From positions 3,473 to 67,472 of the forward strand of contig JAGQVE010000005.1 in assembly GCA_020438105.1 (NCBI GenBank): 64,000 nucleotides of DNA. Direction: 5' to 3'. This document shows, piece after piece, positions 19,150 to 30,300 of the stretch (positions within the stretch are counted from its first letter, which is position 1; every line of letters begins with the position of its first letter). This stretch comes from Bacteroidales bacterium (GTDB lineage: Bacteria > Bacteroidota > Bacteroidia > Bacteroidales > JAADJA01). Both the position numbers and the translations under genes were made by a program. The notes beneath the pieces are model-generated. The model was given only the letters and a program-made list of their open reading frames with translations, ran no database searches and was not told the origin of the DNA.

Positions 19150-22100
19150 ATGGAATTGAACAAGCAAACGAAACAACAACTTGCCGAAGAACTAAAAAAA
19201 ATGGAAGCAGAGCTCAGACACTGGGAAGATAATTTCCGGCTGCTCTACGAAAATGCTCCTGAAATGTTCTTTACCATCTCAGCACAAGGGAATATTATAT
19301 CGGTAAATAAAAACGTCATTGAGCTTTTAGGTTATAAGCTGAAGGAGCTCATCGGAAAGCCTATCTGGAAAATTATTCATCCGGATGATTTAAAGCTTGT
19401 AAAATCGAAAATCAAATACCTAATTGAAAACAAGATAATAAGTGCGGAGTTAAAATTCCGTAAAATCCGCAATGATAAATCAACCATGTTTGTCCATGAG
19501 CGCACGCACCTTTTATTGGATGAAGATGGGGAGGTAAAAGAAGTGCACCTGAGTTGTTCAGATTTAACGCAATCAATTGATCCAGTTGACGAATCACCAC
19601 TATATCAGTCCCGGTTCACAGATTTGACAGATCATTTAAATGTGGGTCTTTACCGAAGCACTGTTGATGCCGACGGGACCTTTATTGAGGTGAATGCTGC
19701 TTTTGTGAGAATGTTGGGTTATGAATCAAAAGATGAGTTGCTCAAATTAAATGTTTCGGAAATTTATAAACATACAACTGATCGTTCCGAACTCCAGAGA
19801 AAGATCCATGCGAAGGGTTTTATTAAAAACCAGGAAGTGATCCTCAGAAAAAAAAATGGGGAAACCATTAATGGTTCTTTATCAGCTATTCTGACCCGCG
19901 ATGAGCATGGCAATCCTGCATTTTACGATGGTATAATTGATGATATTTCAGAAACAAAACTCATTTTAAATACAATCCGAGAGTCGGAATACAAATACCG
20001 CTCACTTGTTGAGTCGTTTTATGATATCATTTTTATTACTGATTATGAAAGTAAAATGCTATTTGCAAATCATGCATTATTTAAACATACCGGTTTTACT
20101 TTGCGTGACTTTCAGATGCCGCAAAATGATAATCAGTTTATCCATCGCGACGACAGGGAGAAAGTGGCAAAGTTTATAACTTCATTTATTAATAATATCC
20201 CGCGAAATTCAGGGGTTATCGAAAACAGGTTTATCGATAAATATGATAATGTACATTGGTTTTCGTCAGTTATTACCAAAATAGACTACGACAATAAACC
20301 TGCCCTGCAATTTATTGTAAGAGACATTACAAAACAGAAGGAAGCAGATGAAGAATTGAAAAAAAGAGAGCGGCAATATGGAACGCTTTTTAACCTTTCG
20401 CCCAATGGGATTATTATTGAGGATAGTGAGGGCTTAATTCTGGACGTAAACCCAGCTTTTTGTGAATTACTGGGATACGATAAAAATGAATTACTGGGTT
20501 TTAATGTCAAGTCACTTGCCCATCCGGATGCACGCTACCAGGTGGAGGACAATATTCGAAAAATTCTGAAAGGAGAACAATTAAGCCATACTGAAAAAAG
20601 CATTAAAAAGGACGGTACCATTGCATATGTTCATTTGAACGAAAGGAAATTTGATCTTCCGGGAGGAAAAACCGGGATAATATGCATTGCCGAGGATATA
20701 ACGGAGCAAATAAAAGCAGAAGAGGCCCTCAAGCAAAGCGAACAGAAATATCGTTTGCTGATCGAAAATCAGAGCGACCTTGTTGTTAAAGTTGACGCTG
20801 ATGGCAGGTTCACATTTATCAGCCCTTCCTACTGCCGGCTGTTTGGTAAATCGGAAGCCGATTTGCTCAATAAAAAATTTATGCCTCTTGTTCATCATGA
20901 TGACAGAGAAAGAACTGCGGAGGAAATGAAAAAACTCTATAAACCTCCTTTTACATGTTATGTGGAGCAAAGGGCAAAAACAATCGAAGGCTGGCGATGG
21001 ATAGCATGGATTGATACTGCAATTTTAGATGAAAACAACCGGGTTAAAGAAATCATTGGAGTTGGTCGTGATATAACCAAAAGAAAAAATGCAGAGGATG
21101 CATTGCTAAAATCCGAGGAAAGTTATAAAGGCCTATTCAACAGTGCTGCCGATGCAATTTACATTGTGGACGAAAAGGGCAGCTTGCTGGATGCCAATGA
21201 GGAAGCTGTCAGAATTTATGGCTTTTCAAGGGATCAACTCATTGGTAAACAAATAAGTCTTTTTGCAGCCTCCGTTAAAAATAATCTGAAAGAGATTAAA
21301 CGTCTGTTAAAAAGTGCGTTTTCCGGAAATCCGCAGAAATTTGAATTCTGGAGCAAAGATAAAAAAGGCAGGGTTTTCCCGCAGGAGGTACGACTTCATA
21401 AAAGTACTTATTTTGGAAAGGATGTATTGGTGGTTTTTGCCGAGGATATAACTGAGCGAAAAGCTTGGCAGCAAAATCTGGAGGAAAAAGAAAAACGATT
21501 CAGAAGAATATTCAATGCATTTCCCGATGTTTACTTTAAATCAAACACGGAGGGTGTTTTAAAAGAAGTTAGTCCATCAATTCTCAAAATTACAGGATAT
21601 ACGCCCACTGAGGTTATTGGTGTAAAATCATCCAATTTTTATTACAGTCAGGACGAGTGGAAGGCTATTGGAAATGAGCTTAACACCAAAGGTGAGGTTA
21701 ACGATTTTAATATTCAGATCGTTATCAAAGATAATAGCCGGATTTATTGCTCCCTCACGGCAAGATTAATTAATGATGATAATAATAAACCCTATGAAAT
21801 AGAGGGGGTATTGAGAGATATTAATGATCGAATTAATGCTGAACTCGAAATAAAAGAAAACCAAAGAAGAATTTCCACCCTCATGGCCAATTTGCCCGGA
21901 ATGGCCTACAGGTGTAAAAACGACCGCGACTGGACCATGCAATTCATTAGCCAGGGTTGCCAGGATTTAACAGGATATAAACCTGAATCATTAATTAATA
22001 ATCGCGACCTCTCTTACAATGATTTAATTTTATCTGAAGATCAGGATATGGTTTGGAAAACAATCCAAACAGCCCTTAAAAAGAAAAATGTATTCCAAAT

Positions 22101-23778
22101 GGCTTACCGAATATCTCATGCATCGGGTGAAATAAGATGGGTATGGGAGCAGGGTATGGGAATATTTGATGACGATAATAATCTGTTAGGCCTCGAAGGA
22201 TTTATTTCAAATATTACAGAGCAAAGGGTAGCCGAAGAAGAAATTCGCAAGCTTTCCAGATCGGTAGAGCAAAGTCCCACGATTATTGTAATTACTGACC
22301 TGGGGGGCCGGGTTGAATATATAAATCCCCGGTTTGTGGAGGTTACGGGCTATTCCAACGAGGAAATAATTGGCAAAAATCTGAGGATACTTAAATCGGG
22401 CAATACGCCCAATGCCGTTTATAAAGATCTATGGAAAACTGTAACGGCGGGTAAAAAGTGGTCAGGTGAATTTCAGAACAGGAAGAAAAACGGAGAATTA
22501 TACTGGGAATCGGCTAACATCTTTCCGCTGAAAGATGAAAATGATAAAATTGCCCATTACATTGGCATGAAGGAAGATATTACAGAGCGCAAAAAGATGG
22601 AACGGGAATTAATTATTGCCAAAGAAAAAGCTGAGGAATCGGATAAGCTCAAGTCGGCTTTCCTCGCCAACATGTCGCACGAAATCCGCACCCCCATGAA
22701 TTCGATCATTGGTTTTTCTCAATTGCTTGATGATCCCGACTTGTCAATCGATGAGCGAAATCACTTCATCAACCTTATTCAAAATAGCGGAAACGATTTG
22801 ATGAGTCTTATTGATGATATTATTGATATCTCAAAAATTGAGGCTGGACAAATGAAGATTTTCAAATCGCAATACATGGTTGATCAGTTAATGAGAGAAC
22901 TCTACCAAGGATTTCATGAACATGTAAAAACCAATCCCAAAACCAACAAGCTAAAAGTTATTTATAAGGCTCCCGATCATGCAGAAAATATTGTAGCCAA
23001 CACCGATATTGACCGCTTTAAGCAAGTGATCAGGAATTTGTTTTATAATTCCATTAAGTTTACTGATAAAGGATACATTGAATTTGGATTTGAATATGAA
23101 AACCCAAAATTTAAAAACGAGCTTTTATTTTATGTAAAAGACACAGGAATAGGAATAGATCCAGAAAAGAAAGAGCTCATTTTTAACAGTTTTACACAGG
23201 CCAATGAAAGTGATACCAGACTTTATGGAGGAACTGGTTTGGGATTGGCGATCTCTAAAAATATTGTGGAGTTATTGGGGGGTAGAATTTGGGTTGAGTC
23301 GAAACCGGGAAAAGGAGCCACCTTTTACTTTACCCTGCCCAGGATAAATGAACATGGAACGGCAATTAATACAAAACCAGCTGGTAAAGAACATCAATTT
23401 CATGAATATAACCTAACCGGTAAAAGCATACTTGTGGTTGAAGATGACGATTCGAGTTACGACTTTTTTGAACGAATTCTCCGGCGTACCGGCGCAAACC
23501 TGATGCGTGCGGAAGACGGGATGCAAGCCGTTAAAAAATTCAGGCAAAATAAATTTGATGTTGTGTTGATGGACATCAGGCTTCCTCGTATGGATGGTTA
23601 TAAAACCATGAAAAAAATTAAATCAATGAATCCGGAGATACCCGTGGTAGCACAAACTGCATATGCCATGCAAGGAGAGAAAGATAAGTGCCTGAAGGCC
23701 GGATTTGACAATTATCTTTCAAAGCCAATTAAAATCAATGAACTTCTGAAAATGGTCAGCCGCTATATTAACAGTTAA
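19150..23778 (+). CDS. multi-PAS hybrid sensor histidine kinase with C-terminal receiver domain
   Basis: It has many tandem PAS/PAC units, about nine by eye, each ending in a DIT(E/K)(R/Q)K-type boundary. These are followed by the HisKA H-box (FLANMSHEIRTPMNSIIGF), HATPase_c (GTGLGLAISKNIVELLGGRIWVES) and a receiver (ILVVEDD...VLMDIRLPRMDGY). No TM segment is obvious. Confidence 0.9.
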   Translation: MELNKQTKQQLAEELKKMEAELRHWEDNFRLLYENAPEMFFTISAQGNIISVNKNVIELLGYKLKELIGKPIWKIIHPDDLKLVKSKIKYLIENKIISAELKFRKIRNDKSTMFVHERTHLLLDEDGEVKEVHLSCSDLTQSIDPVDESPLYQSRFTDLTDHLNVGLYRSTVDADGTFIEVNAAFVRMLGYESKDELLKLNVSEIYKHTTDRSELQRKIHAKGFIKNQEVILRKKNGETINGSLSAILTRDEHGNPAFYDGIIDDISETKLILNTIRESEYKYRSLVESFYDIIFITDYESKMLFANHALFKHTGFTLRDFQMPQNDNQFIHRDDREKVAKFITSFINNIPRNSGVIENRFIDKYDNVHWFSSVITKIDYDNKPALQFIVRDITKQKEADEELKKRERQYGTLFNLSPNGIIIEDSEGLILDVNPAFCELLGYDKNELLGFNVKSLAHPDARYQVEDNIRKILKGEQLSHTEKSIKKDGTIAYVHLNERKFDLPGGKTGIICIAEDITEQIKAEEALKQSEQKYRLLIENQSDLVVKVDADGRFTFISPSYCRLFGKSEADLLNKKFMPLVHHDDRERTAEEMKKLYKPPFTCYVEQRAKTIEGWRWIAWIDTAILDENNRVKEIIGVGRDITKRKNAEDALLKSEESYKGLFNSAADAIYIVDEKGSLLDANEEAVRIYGFSRDQLIGKQISLFAASVKNNLKEIKRLLKSAFSGNPQKFEFWSKDKKGRVFPQEVRLHKSTYFGKDVLVVFAEDITERKAWQQNLEEKEKRFRRIFNAFPDVYFKSNTEGVLKEVSPSILKITGYTPTEVIGVKSSNFYYSQDEWKAIGNELNTKGEVNDFNIQIVIKDNSRIYCSLTARLINDDNNKPYEIEGVLRDINDRINAELEIKENQRRISTLMANLPGMAYRCKNDRDWTMQFISQGCQDLTGYKPESLINNRDLSYNDLILSEDQDMVWKTIQTALKKKNVFQMAYRISHASGEIRWVWEQGMGIFDDDNNLLGLEGFISNITEQRVAEEEIRKLSRSVEQSPTIIVITDLGGRVEYINPRFVEVTGYSNEEIIGKNLRILKSGNTPNAVYKDLWKTVTAGKKWSGEFQNRKKNGELYWESANIFPLKDENDKIAHYIGMKEDITERKKMERELIIAKEKAEESDKLKSAFLANMSHEIRTPMNSIIGFSQLLDDPDLSIDERNHFINLIQNSGNDLMSLIDDIIDISKIEAGQMKIFKSQYMVDQLMRELYQGFHEHVKTNPKTNKLKVIYKAPDHAENIVANTDIDRFKQVIRNLFYNSIKFTDKGYIEFGFEYENPKFKNELLFYVKDTGIGIDPEKKELIFNSFTQANESDTRLYGGTGLGLAISKNIVELLGGRIWVESKPGKGATFYFTLPRINEHGTAINTKPAGKEHQFHEYNLTGKSILVVEDDDSSYDFFERILRRTGANLMRAEDGMQAVKKFRQNKFDVVLMDIRLPRMDGYKTMKKIKSMNPEIPVVAQTAYAMQGEKDKCLKAGFDNYLSKPIKINELLKMVSRYINS

Positions 23779-23900
23779 TTCTTATAATTTTACTTCCTCA
23801 CCCAAGCTCTAAAAATGCAACCATTGATTTGGCTGCTGTGTCTTTTTGCTACTAATCTCAGGGGTTTTGGTTATTATATTTTATTTTTCAGGAAATTTAA

Positions 23901-23908
23901 TACATTTG
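23901..23908 (+). promoter_or_regulatory. Bacteroidota -7 box-like motif (TAnnTTTG)
   Basis: TACATTTG lies 74 nt upstream of the M14 gene ATG. This is a motif match only. Confidence 0.3.
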
Positions 23909-23981
23909 AAACCTCGCAAAGTAGATTAAGTTTACATCTCAATGCATTTAACGAAGTGTTTTTAAAGATTAAAAAGATATC

Positions 23982-26900
23982 ATGAAAAAACTTTTATTCT
24001 CTCTGTTTTTTGTCGGAATATTTGCTTTTTCCTACGCACAGGGTTGGCGGCAGGGTGAAATGCAAGTTGTGGTTAATGTTGCTAATCCACAGCAAGTGCA
24101 GGCGCTTTATCATGCCGGGATCGATTTTGAAGCGATCGATGCCAGCAGTTTGAGAGCTTATGTAGTTCAAAAGGAATTGGATAAAATTTCATCATTGGGT
24201 TTGAATTATTCCATTGAGGTAGAAGATCTGAACAAGCTTTCTGCTGAACTTTTGAGCTTAAAAGATGCATATCATTCCTATGATGAAATTATTGAACTGG
24301 CAGATAGTCTGGCTCAGGAATTCCCTGATATTTGTGAAAGATATGTATTTGGCATGGATCAAACAGGCCAATATGAACTCACTGCCCTTAAAATAAGTGA
24401 CAATGTGGAAACCGATGAACCAGAAGCTGAAGTTATGTTTGACGGCGGAATACATGGTGATGAAATTGGTGGCGCAGAAAATGTGATCCGTTTTGCCCGC
24501 GATCTTTGTGTTGGATACGGATCTGACCCGGATATAACCGATTTGATTGATAACCGTGAAATCTGGCTTTACCTGATGGTAAATCCCTGGGGACGCGAAA
24601 ATATGACACGTTACAATGCCAATGGTGTGGACCTGAACCGCGACTGGTGTTACATGTGGGATCAGTGGGGTGGAAGTCCCGGCCCTTGTTCACAGGACGA
24701 ATCCAAAGCCCTGCGAGAGTGCATGTATAATAATCAGTTTGTGGTTCATACAACCTTTCATAGCGGAACCGAATATATTTCCTACCCCTGGAGCTACCGA
24801 CCCGATTCACCACCGGATTATAACCATATCAATCAACTGGCTGCCCTGTATTCAACTACTTCAGGGTATTCCAACCTTCCTTATGGATCGGGTTACAATG
24901 GCATGTACGCAATCAACGGAAGCACCAAAGATTCTAATTACGGGATCATGGGAAGTATAAGCTGGTCACTTGAAATTTCAAATAGCAAGCAACCACCGGC
25001 CAGTCAAATCATGCTTTACTATAATCGTAACTATTCTCCGATGTTGATGTTAATTGAATACTCAGGATACGGACTCGAAGGAATGGTTACGGATGCAAAC
25101 ACAGGAGAGCCCGTACAAGCTGTTGTGTTTGTTAATGATTATTTGCCAACTTTCAATGATCCTGAAGTAGGTGATTATCATAAATATGTTTTGCCCGGAA
25201 CTTATGATATTACTATAGTTGCCAATGGTTATGAAACAATGACCATTGAAAATGTTAGCGTTAGTGCCAACAATGCAACAGAAACAAACTTTGAATTACA
25301 GCCCGTTGATGGTCATTATGTTTACAGGCTATCATCCTGCCAGATCCCGGATAATAATTATGCTGATGAAGGCTGGACACCGGCAGTGATCGGAGCACCT
25401 GATAACATTAATTATTCAATTGGCAAAGATGGCTGGTGTGTATTGGATATGCAATATGCAATTCCTGATGGCCCCGGCTCCGACTTTATTGTTCATGAAG
25501 GAGATGCTTCAGCTGAGGGATTTACTTGTTATGTTGGGGAAACTTTAGACGGACCCTGGATCAGCCTTGGCACAGGAAGCGGAACCACCGAATTTGACCT
25601 GGCAAGTGGAAATGTTACCGAAGCTCAATTCATCAAAATAGTGGATGATGGTGATGGAGCGGCCACAGCATCTGATGCCGGATTTGATTTGGATGCCATT
25701 GAAGTTCTGGAATCAATATCAGGAGTTTATATTGCCCTTTATGATTATGCGATTGATGATAGCCAGGGGAATAATAATGGCATGATCGATCCGGGAGAAA
25801 CGGTAGATATTATTGTTAATCTTAAAAATAATGGTGACGCAATAGCTGAGAACACCACCGGAATAATATCAACCGGTTCTGCTTTTATAACCATAGATAA
25901 TAACACAGCTAACTTTGGTTCTCTGAATCAGGGGCAATCGGGAGAAGGAACCTTTACAATTACAGCCAGTCCTTCAACACCCATGGGACAACCTGCTGTA
26001 TTAAACCTGGTAGTGGATGCCAATGGAGGTGCTTACAATACCACTTTTGCCCTGGGCATCAGCATCGGGCATATCGTTGAAGATTGGGAATCAGGTACCA
26101 TGACCGAGTTTGACTGGGTAACCGGTGGAAGTGGCAACTGGGCAATTTCAACCGAAAGTCCTTACGAAGGAGCATATTGTATAAAATCAGGTGCTATTGA
26201 TGATGAGCAAAGCACCTATTTGTCGATTACTTTTGATGTATTGGCTGCCGGAGAAGTGGGTTTCTTTAAAAAAGTTTCCTCCGAAGCTACATATGATTTC
26301 CTTCGATTTTACATTGATGATGTAATGATTGATCAATGGTCGGGAACTGTTTCCTGGTCAGAAGTAACCTACAGTGTTAACCCTGGCCCCCATACCTTTA
26401 AATGGGCATATGAAAAAGATCAGTCTGTTTCCAATGGTTCCGATTGTGCATGGGTTGATTATATTACCCTGCCGGCGGGTGCATTAACTGCACTTACTGC
26501 CGGTTTTGTAGCCAATGAAACAGAAATTTGTACAAACACAATATTAAACTTCACCGATATGTCGGTGGGTGATGTGATTTCATGGGAATGGTCTTTTGAG
26601 GGAGGATCGCCGGCAACATCAACAAATCAAAATCCGATGGTTGCATACCTGAATGCAGGAACATTTGATGTTTCTTTAACTGTTTCGGATGGAGATGATA
26701 CCCAAACTTTTACTGCGACAGACTACATCAATGTACTGGTCGAGCCGGAAACACCGGATATGCCTGATGGACCGGATCAAGTTGTGTCAATGCCTGGTGA
26801 TACTGAAGATTATACAACTAATGAGGTAGTTTCAGCAACAGATTATGTTTGGGAAATTACAGAAGGAGCTGGTGAGCTAATTCAGAATGGAACTGAATGC

Positions 26901-27275
26901 ACGGTTGACTGGACTGACTGGTATGTGGGCATGGTGAGCCTTAAGGTAAAAGCAATCAATGATTGTGGAGAGAGTGTTTTTTCTGAAGAGTTGTGGATAG
27001 GTGTGCTGGCAACGGATGTGGCTGAAAATGGTGCATTGGAACTTTCAATCATCCCAAATCCTGCATCTGAAACGATCAGATTGGAATGGCCAAACCTGCA
27101 AAGTGAAAATACACACATCATAATTACAGATAATGTTGGTAAAACGGTTTATGATAATGAATTGAGCGGTGTTGATCAAACCAAAATTAATGTAAGCAAT
27201 TTAAATACAGGACTATATTTTGTTATCATCAAAAATGGTGAAGATTTAATTCGTCAGAAATTGATGATAAAATAA
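23982..27275 (+). CDS. M14-family zinc carboxypeptidase, T9SS cargo (multi-domain)
   Basis: Signal peptide. M14 motifs are GIHGDEIGG (HxxE), NGVDLNRDW and HSGTEYISYPW. A carboxypeptidase-regulatory-like beta-sandwich follows (GMVTDANTGEPV...PGTYDITIVANGYE). After that come a DDxGNxNGxxDPGE Ig-like repeat, a jelly-roll-like module (26073-26472), a PKD-like domain and a type-A T9SS CTD (IIPNPASETIRLEW...LYFVIIKNG...KLMIK). Confidence 0.85.
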   Translation: MKKLLFSLFFVGIFAFSYAQGWRQGEMQVVVNVANPQQVQALYHAGIDFEAIDASSLRAYVVQKELDKISSLGLNYSIEVEDLNKLSAELLSLKDAYHSYDEIIELADSLAQEFPDICERYVFGMDQTGQYELTALKISDNVETDEPEAEVMFDGGIHGDEIGGAENVIRFARDLCVGYGSDPDITDLIDNREIWLYLMVNPWGRENMTRYNANGVDLNRDWCYMWDQWGGSPGPCSQDESKALRECMYNNQFVVHTTFHSGTEYISYPWSYRPDSPPDYNHINQLAALYSTTSGYSNLPYGSGYNGMYAINGSTKDSNYGIMGSISWSLEISNSKQPPASQIMLYYNRNYSPMLMLIEYSGYGLEGMVTDANTGEPVQAVVFVNDYLPTFNDPEVGDYHKYVLPGTYDITIVANGYETMTIENVSVSANNATETNFELQPVDGHYVYRLSSCQIPDNNYADEGWTPAVIGAPDNINYSIGKDGWCVLDMQYAIPDGPGSDFIVHEGDASAEGFTCYVGETLDGPWISLGTGSGTTEFDLASGNVTEAQFIKIVDDGDGAATASDAGFDLDAIEVLESISGVYIALYDYAIDDSQGNNNGMIDPGETVDIIVNLKNNGDAIAENTTGIISTGSAFITIDNNTANFGSLNQGQSGEGTFTITASPSTPMGQPAVLNLVVDANGGAYNTTFALGISIGHIVEDWESGTMTEFDWVTGGSGNWAISTESPYEGAYCIKSGAIDDEQSTYLSITFDVLAAGEVGFFKKVSSEATYDFLRFYIDDVMIDQWSGTVSWSEVTYSVNPGPHTFKWAYEKDQSVSNGSDCAWVDYITLPAGALTALTAGFVANETEICTNTILNFTDMSVGDVISWEWSFEGGSPATSTNQNPMVAYLNAGTFDVSLTVSDGDDTQTFTATDYINVLVEPETPDMPDGPDQVVSMPGDTEDYTTNEVVSATDYVWEITEGAGELIQNGTECTVDWTDWYVGMVSLKVKAINDCGESVFSEELWIGVLATDVAENGALELSIIPNPASETIRLEWPNLQSENTHIIITDNVGKTVYDNELSGVDQTKINVSNLNTGLYFVIIKNGEDLIRQKLMIK

Positions 27276-27320
27276 TGCGATAAGCATTTGTCAGGACAAT
27301 TATTTATTAAAAACAAGATA

Positions 27321-30300
27321 ATGAGGAAAATTTACGGCTTAATTTTATTCGGCCTGTTCATTTCATTTATTGGCAGAGCTGAGGATATTAATTACACAAA
27401 TTCATGGGGAAAAGCCGGATTATCGGTTGTTTCCCAATCCAATCAAAGTGTTGAACTTAACTTTTCAATCCAATCCTTTGGTATTAACACCGTTCGAATC
27501 AATGGGGAAGATATGGTGGAGGTTTCACTTCCGGAGGTATTTTTACCCAATGATGAAGGTGCACCAAACCTTCCGGGACTTAGCAAATTTATTGCTATTC
27601 CCCAGGGAGCTATAGCAACAGTTAAGCTTGTTGAATCGAGGGTTGAAACCATTGAAAATGTAAACATTGCCCCAGCACCTCGTATTCCATGGGATACGGA
27701 GCGAGGCCCGCTTGAATACCATAAGAACGGAACTATTTATTCCAAAGATGCTTTTTATCCTTCCAATACGGTCACTACTTCTGAACAAACTGATATCAGG
27801 GGAATAGATGCCGTTATTGTTGGGGTAACACCGTTTCAATACAATCCGGTTACAAAACAATTATTGGTTTACCGTGATATCAAAATTGAAGTTACTTTCG
27901 AAGGTGGCAATGGTCATTTTGGTGATGATCGCCTCCGCAACCGCTGGTGGGACCCAATCCTGCGCGATGTATTTTTGAATGAAGCCTCGATCCCCGAAGT
28001 GAATTACAATAAATCCTTCCAGGGAACCAAAGATGTGGGTTGTGAATACCTGATCATTTCTCCCAACAATCCCGAATTCCTCAGTTGGGCTGATTCGATT
28101 AAAAAATTCCGCACGGAACAGGGTATTCAAACCGATATTATTACAATGAGCGATATTGGTACCAACTCTGCGATTACCATCGAAAACTTTGTTAACAATG
28201 CCTATAACACCTGGGATATTCCGCCGGCAGCTATTCTTATTCTTGGCGATTATGGAACCAATCCCGATAACAGCATTATGGCGCCTATTTGGGACAACTA
28301 TTGTGTATCCGACAATATTTATGCTGATGTGAACAACAACGATATGCCCGATATCATTTTTGCGCGAATGACTGCTCAGAATGATACACACCTTGAAACG
28401 TATATTACCAAGTTTTTAAATTACGAAAGAACACCACCAACTAGTGAGGATTTTTATAATCATCCTATTACAGCCTTAGGATGGCAAACCGAACGCTGGT
28501 TTCAAATCTGCTCAGAGGTTGTGGGTGGTTTCTGGAAAAACGGACTTGGTAAAGAGCCTGTGAGGGTGAATGAAGTTTATGATGGCAATCCGGATGTTGA
28601 TCCATGGTCGACAGCAACCAATACCAATGTTGTAATGAACTATTTTGGTCCTTACGGATTGGATTATATTCCTTCATCACCTACTGAACTTGGAGACTGG
28701 GAAGGTGGCAATGCCGATGATGTGAATGATGCCATCAATGCAGGATCATTTATGCTTCAGCATCGTGATCATGGTTTTGAACAAGGCTGGGGTGAACCGG
28801 ATTACAGCAGTCCCGACATTGCTGATTTGACCAATACCGATCTTTCTTTTATTCTTTCAGTGAACTGTTTAACCGGAAAATACAATTTAACAAATGAGTG
28901 TTTTGCCGAGGTATTCCACCGTTATAAATACAATGGTGAAAATGCCGGTGCACTTGGCTTGATCGCTGCATCCGAAGTTTCCTACTCCTTTGTGAATGAT
29001 GCATATGTTTGGGGTGTATACGATAATATGTGGCCTGATTTTATGCCGGCTTACGGAACAAGCGTTGATCACCGCGGTATTTTACCCGCCTTCGGTAATG
29101 CAGCCGGCAAATATTTCCTTAAACAATCCAACTGGCCCTACAACACAAGCAACAAAGAAGTTACCTATAATTTATTTCACCATCATGGAGATGCCTTCAT
29201 GACCGTGTATTCAGAAGTTCCACAACCTTTAACTGTGTTACATGCTGATCAATTGCTTGCGGGAGCAACTACTTTTACGGTTCAGGCAGATGAGGATGCA
29301 TTTATTGCATTGACAGTTAATGGTGAAATAATCGGCACTGCTGATTCTGACGGATCCGCTACTGAAATAGTCATTCCTGCACAAACTGTCGGTACGGAAG
29401 TGTTGATTACCGTTACCAAACAAAATTTTTACAGGCATCAATCTACGGTTGAGGTGATTGATAACAGCACTGCTTATATAGTAAATGCGGCCTATCAACT
29501 TAATGATGACGCAGGGAATGCCAATGGTTTGATGGATTATGGTGAAACAATCACCCTGGATCTGGACATGGAAAATATTGGAACTTTGCAAGCGGATAAC
29601 GTAATGGTTACCTTAGGTTCTGAAAGTGAATTTATTACTGTTCAGGGTGGGGCCGTTTCGTTTGGCAATATAGCTGCAGGTAACAGCACCCTGATTGAGG
29701 ATGCGTTTACTTTTGAAGTGAGTGGGCAGGTTCCAGATTTAGAAAATATTGTTTTTGTTTTGGAGGCCAACGATGGAAGCAACACCTGGAACAGTTACAT
29801 TGCCATCGTAGCACATGCACCCGTTCTTGAACTGGTTTCGTTTACCGTGAATGACGCTGCCGGAAATAACAATGGCCGGATCGATCCGGGTGAAACCGCT
29901 GATATTACCATTTTAATGACCAATACGGGAAGCTCTGATGCTTTTGGAATAGTAGGTGACCTCACTTGTGTGGAACCCGATATTACTATCAATACCAGTG
30001 CGCAAACCTATGGCGACCTTGCTTTTGGAGAAACCGCTGAAAATACATTTACAATTGAAGCCGGAGCAGCGATCCCGGAAGGAACGCAGGCAGAATTTGA
30101 ACTGATGCTCAGTGCCGATGGCGGTGTTGAAACCTCAGTTGAATTTATGTCGGTAATTGGAAAATTTACAGCGCTGGTACTTGATCTTGAGCCCATGCAT
30201 TATTCCGGCCCTGAAATTTACAATACTTTCAGCGACATGGATATTTATGCCGAATATTCCACAACCTTCCCCGAAGATCTGGGATTATACAAAAATGTAT

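Noticed and set aside
18543-23778. Absence of mrdA (PBP2) and rodA after mreBCD as an anomaly.
   Set aside because: Gene order downstream of mreD varies among bacteria, and these genes may simply lie elsewhere. This cannot be evaluated from one window.
27861-28391. Long antisense ORFs inside large genes, for example 27861..28391 (176 aa), 54942..55391 (149 aa), 59396..59845 (149 aa), 16889..17317 (142 aa) and 20581..20970 (129 aa).
   Set aside because: Each lies entirely within a longer opposite-strand gene that has clear family motifs. Their translations are low-complexity or unrecognisable. These are typical shadow ORFs.
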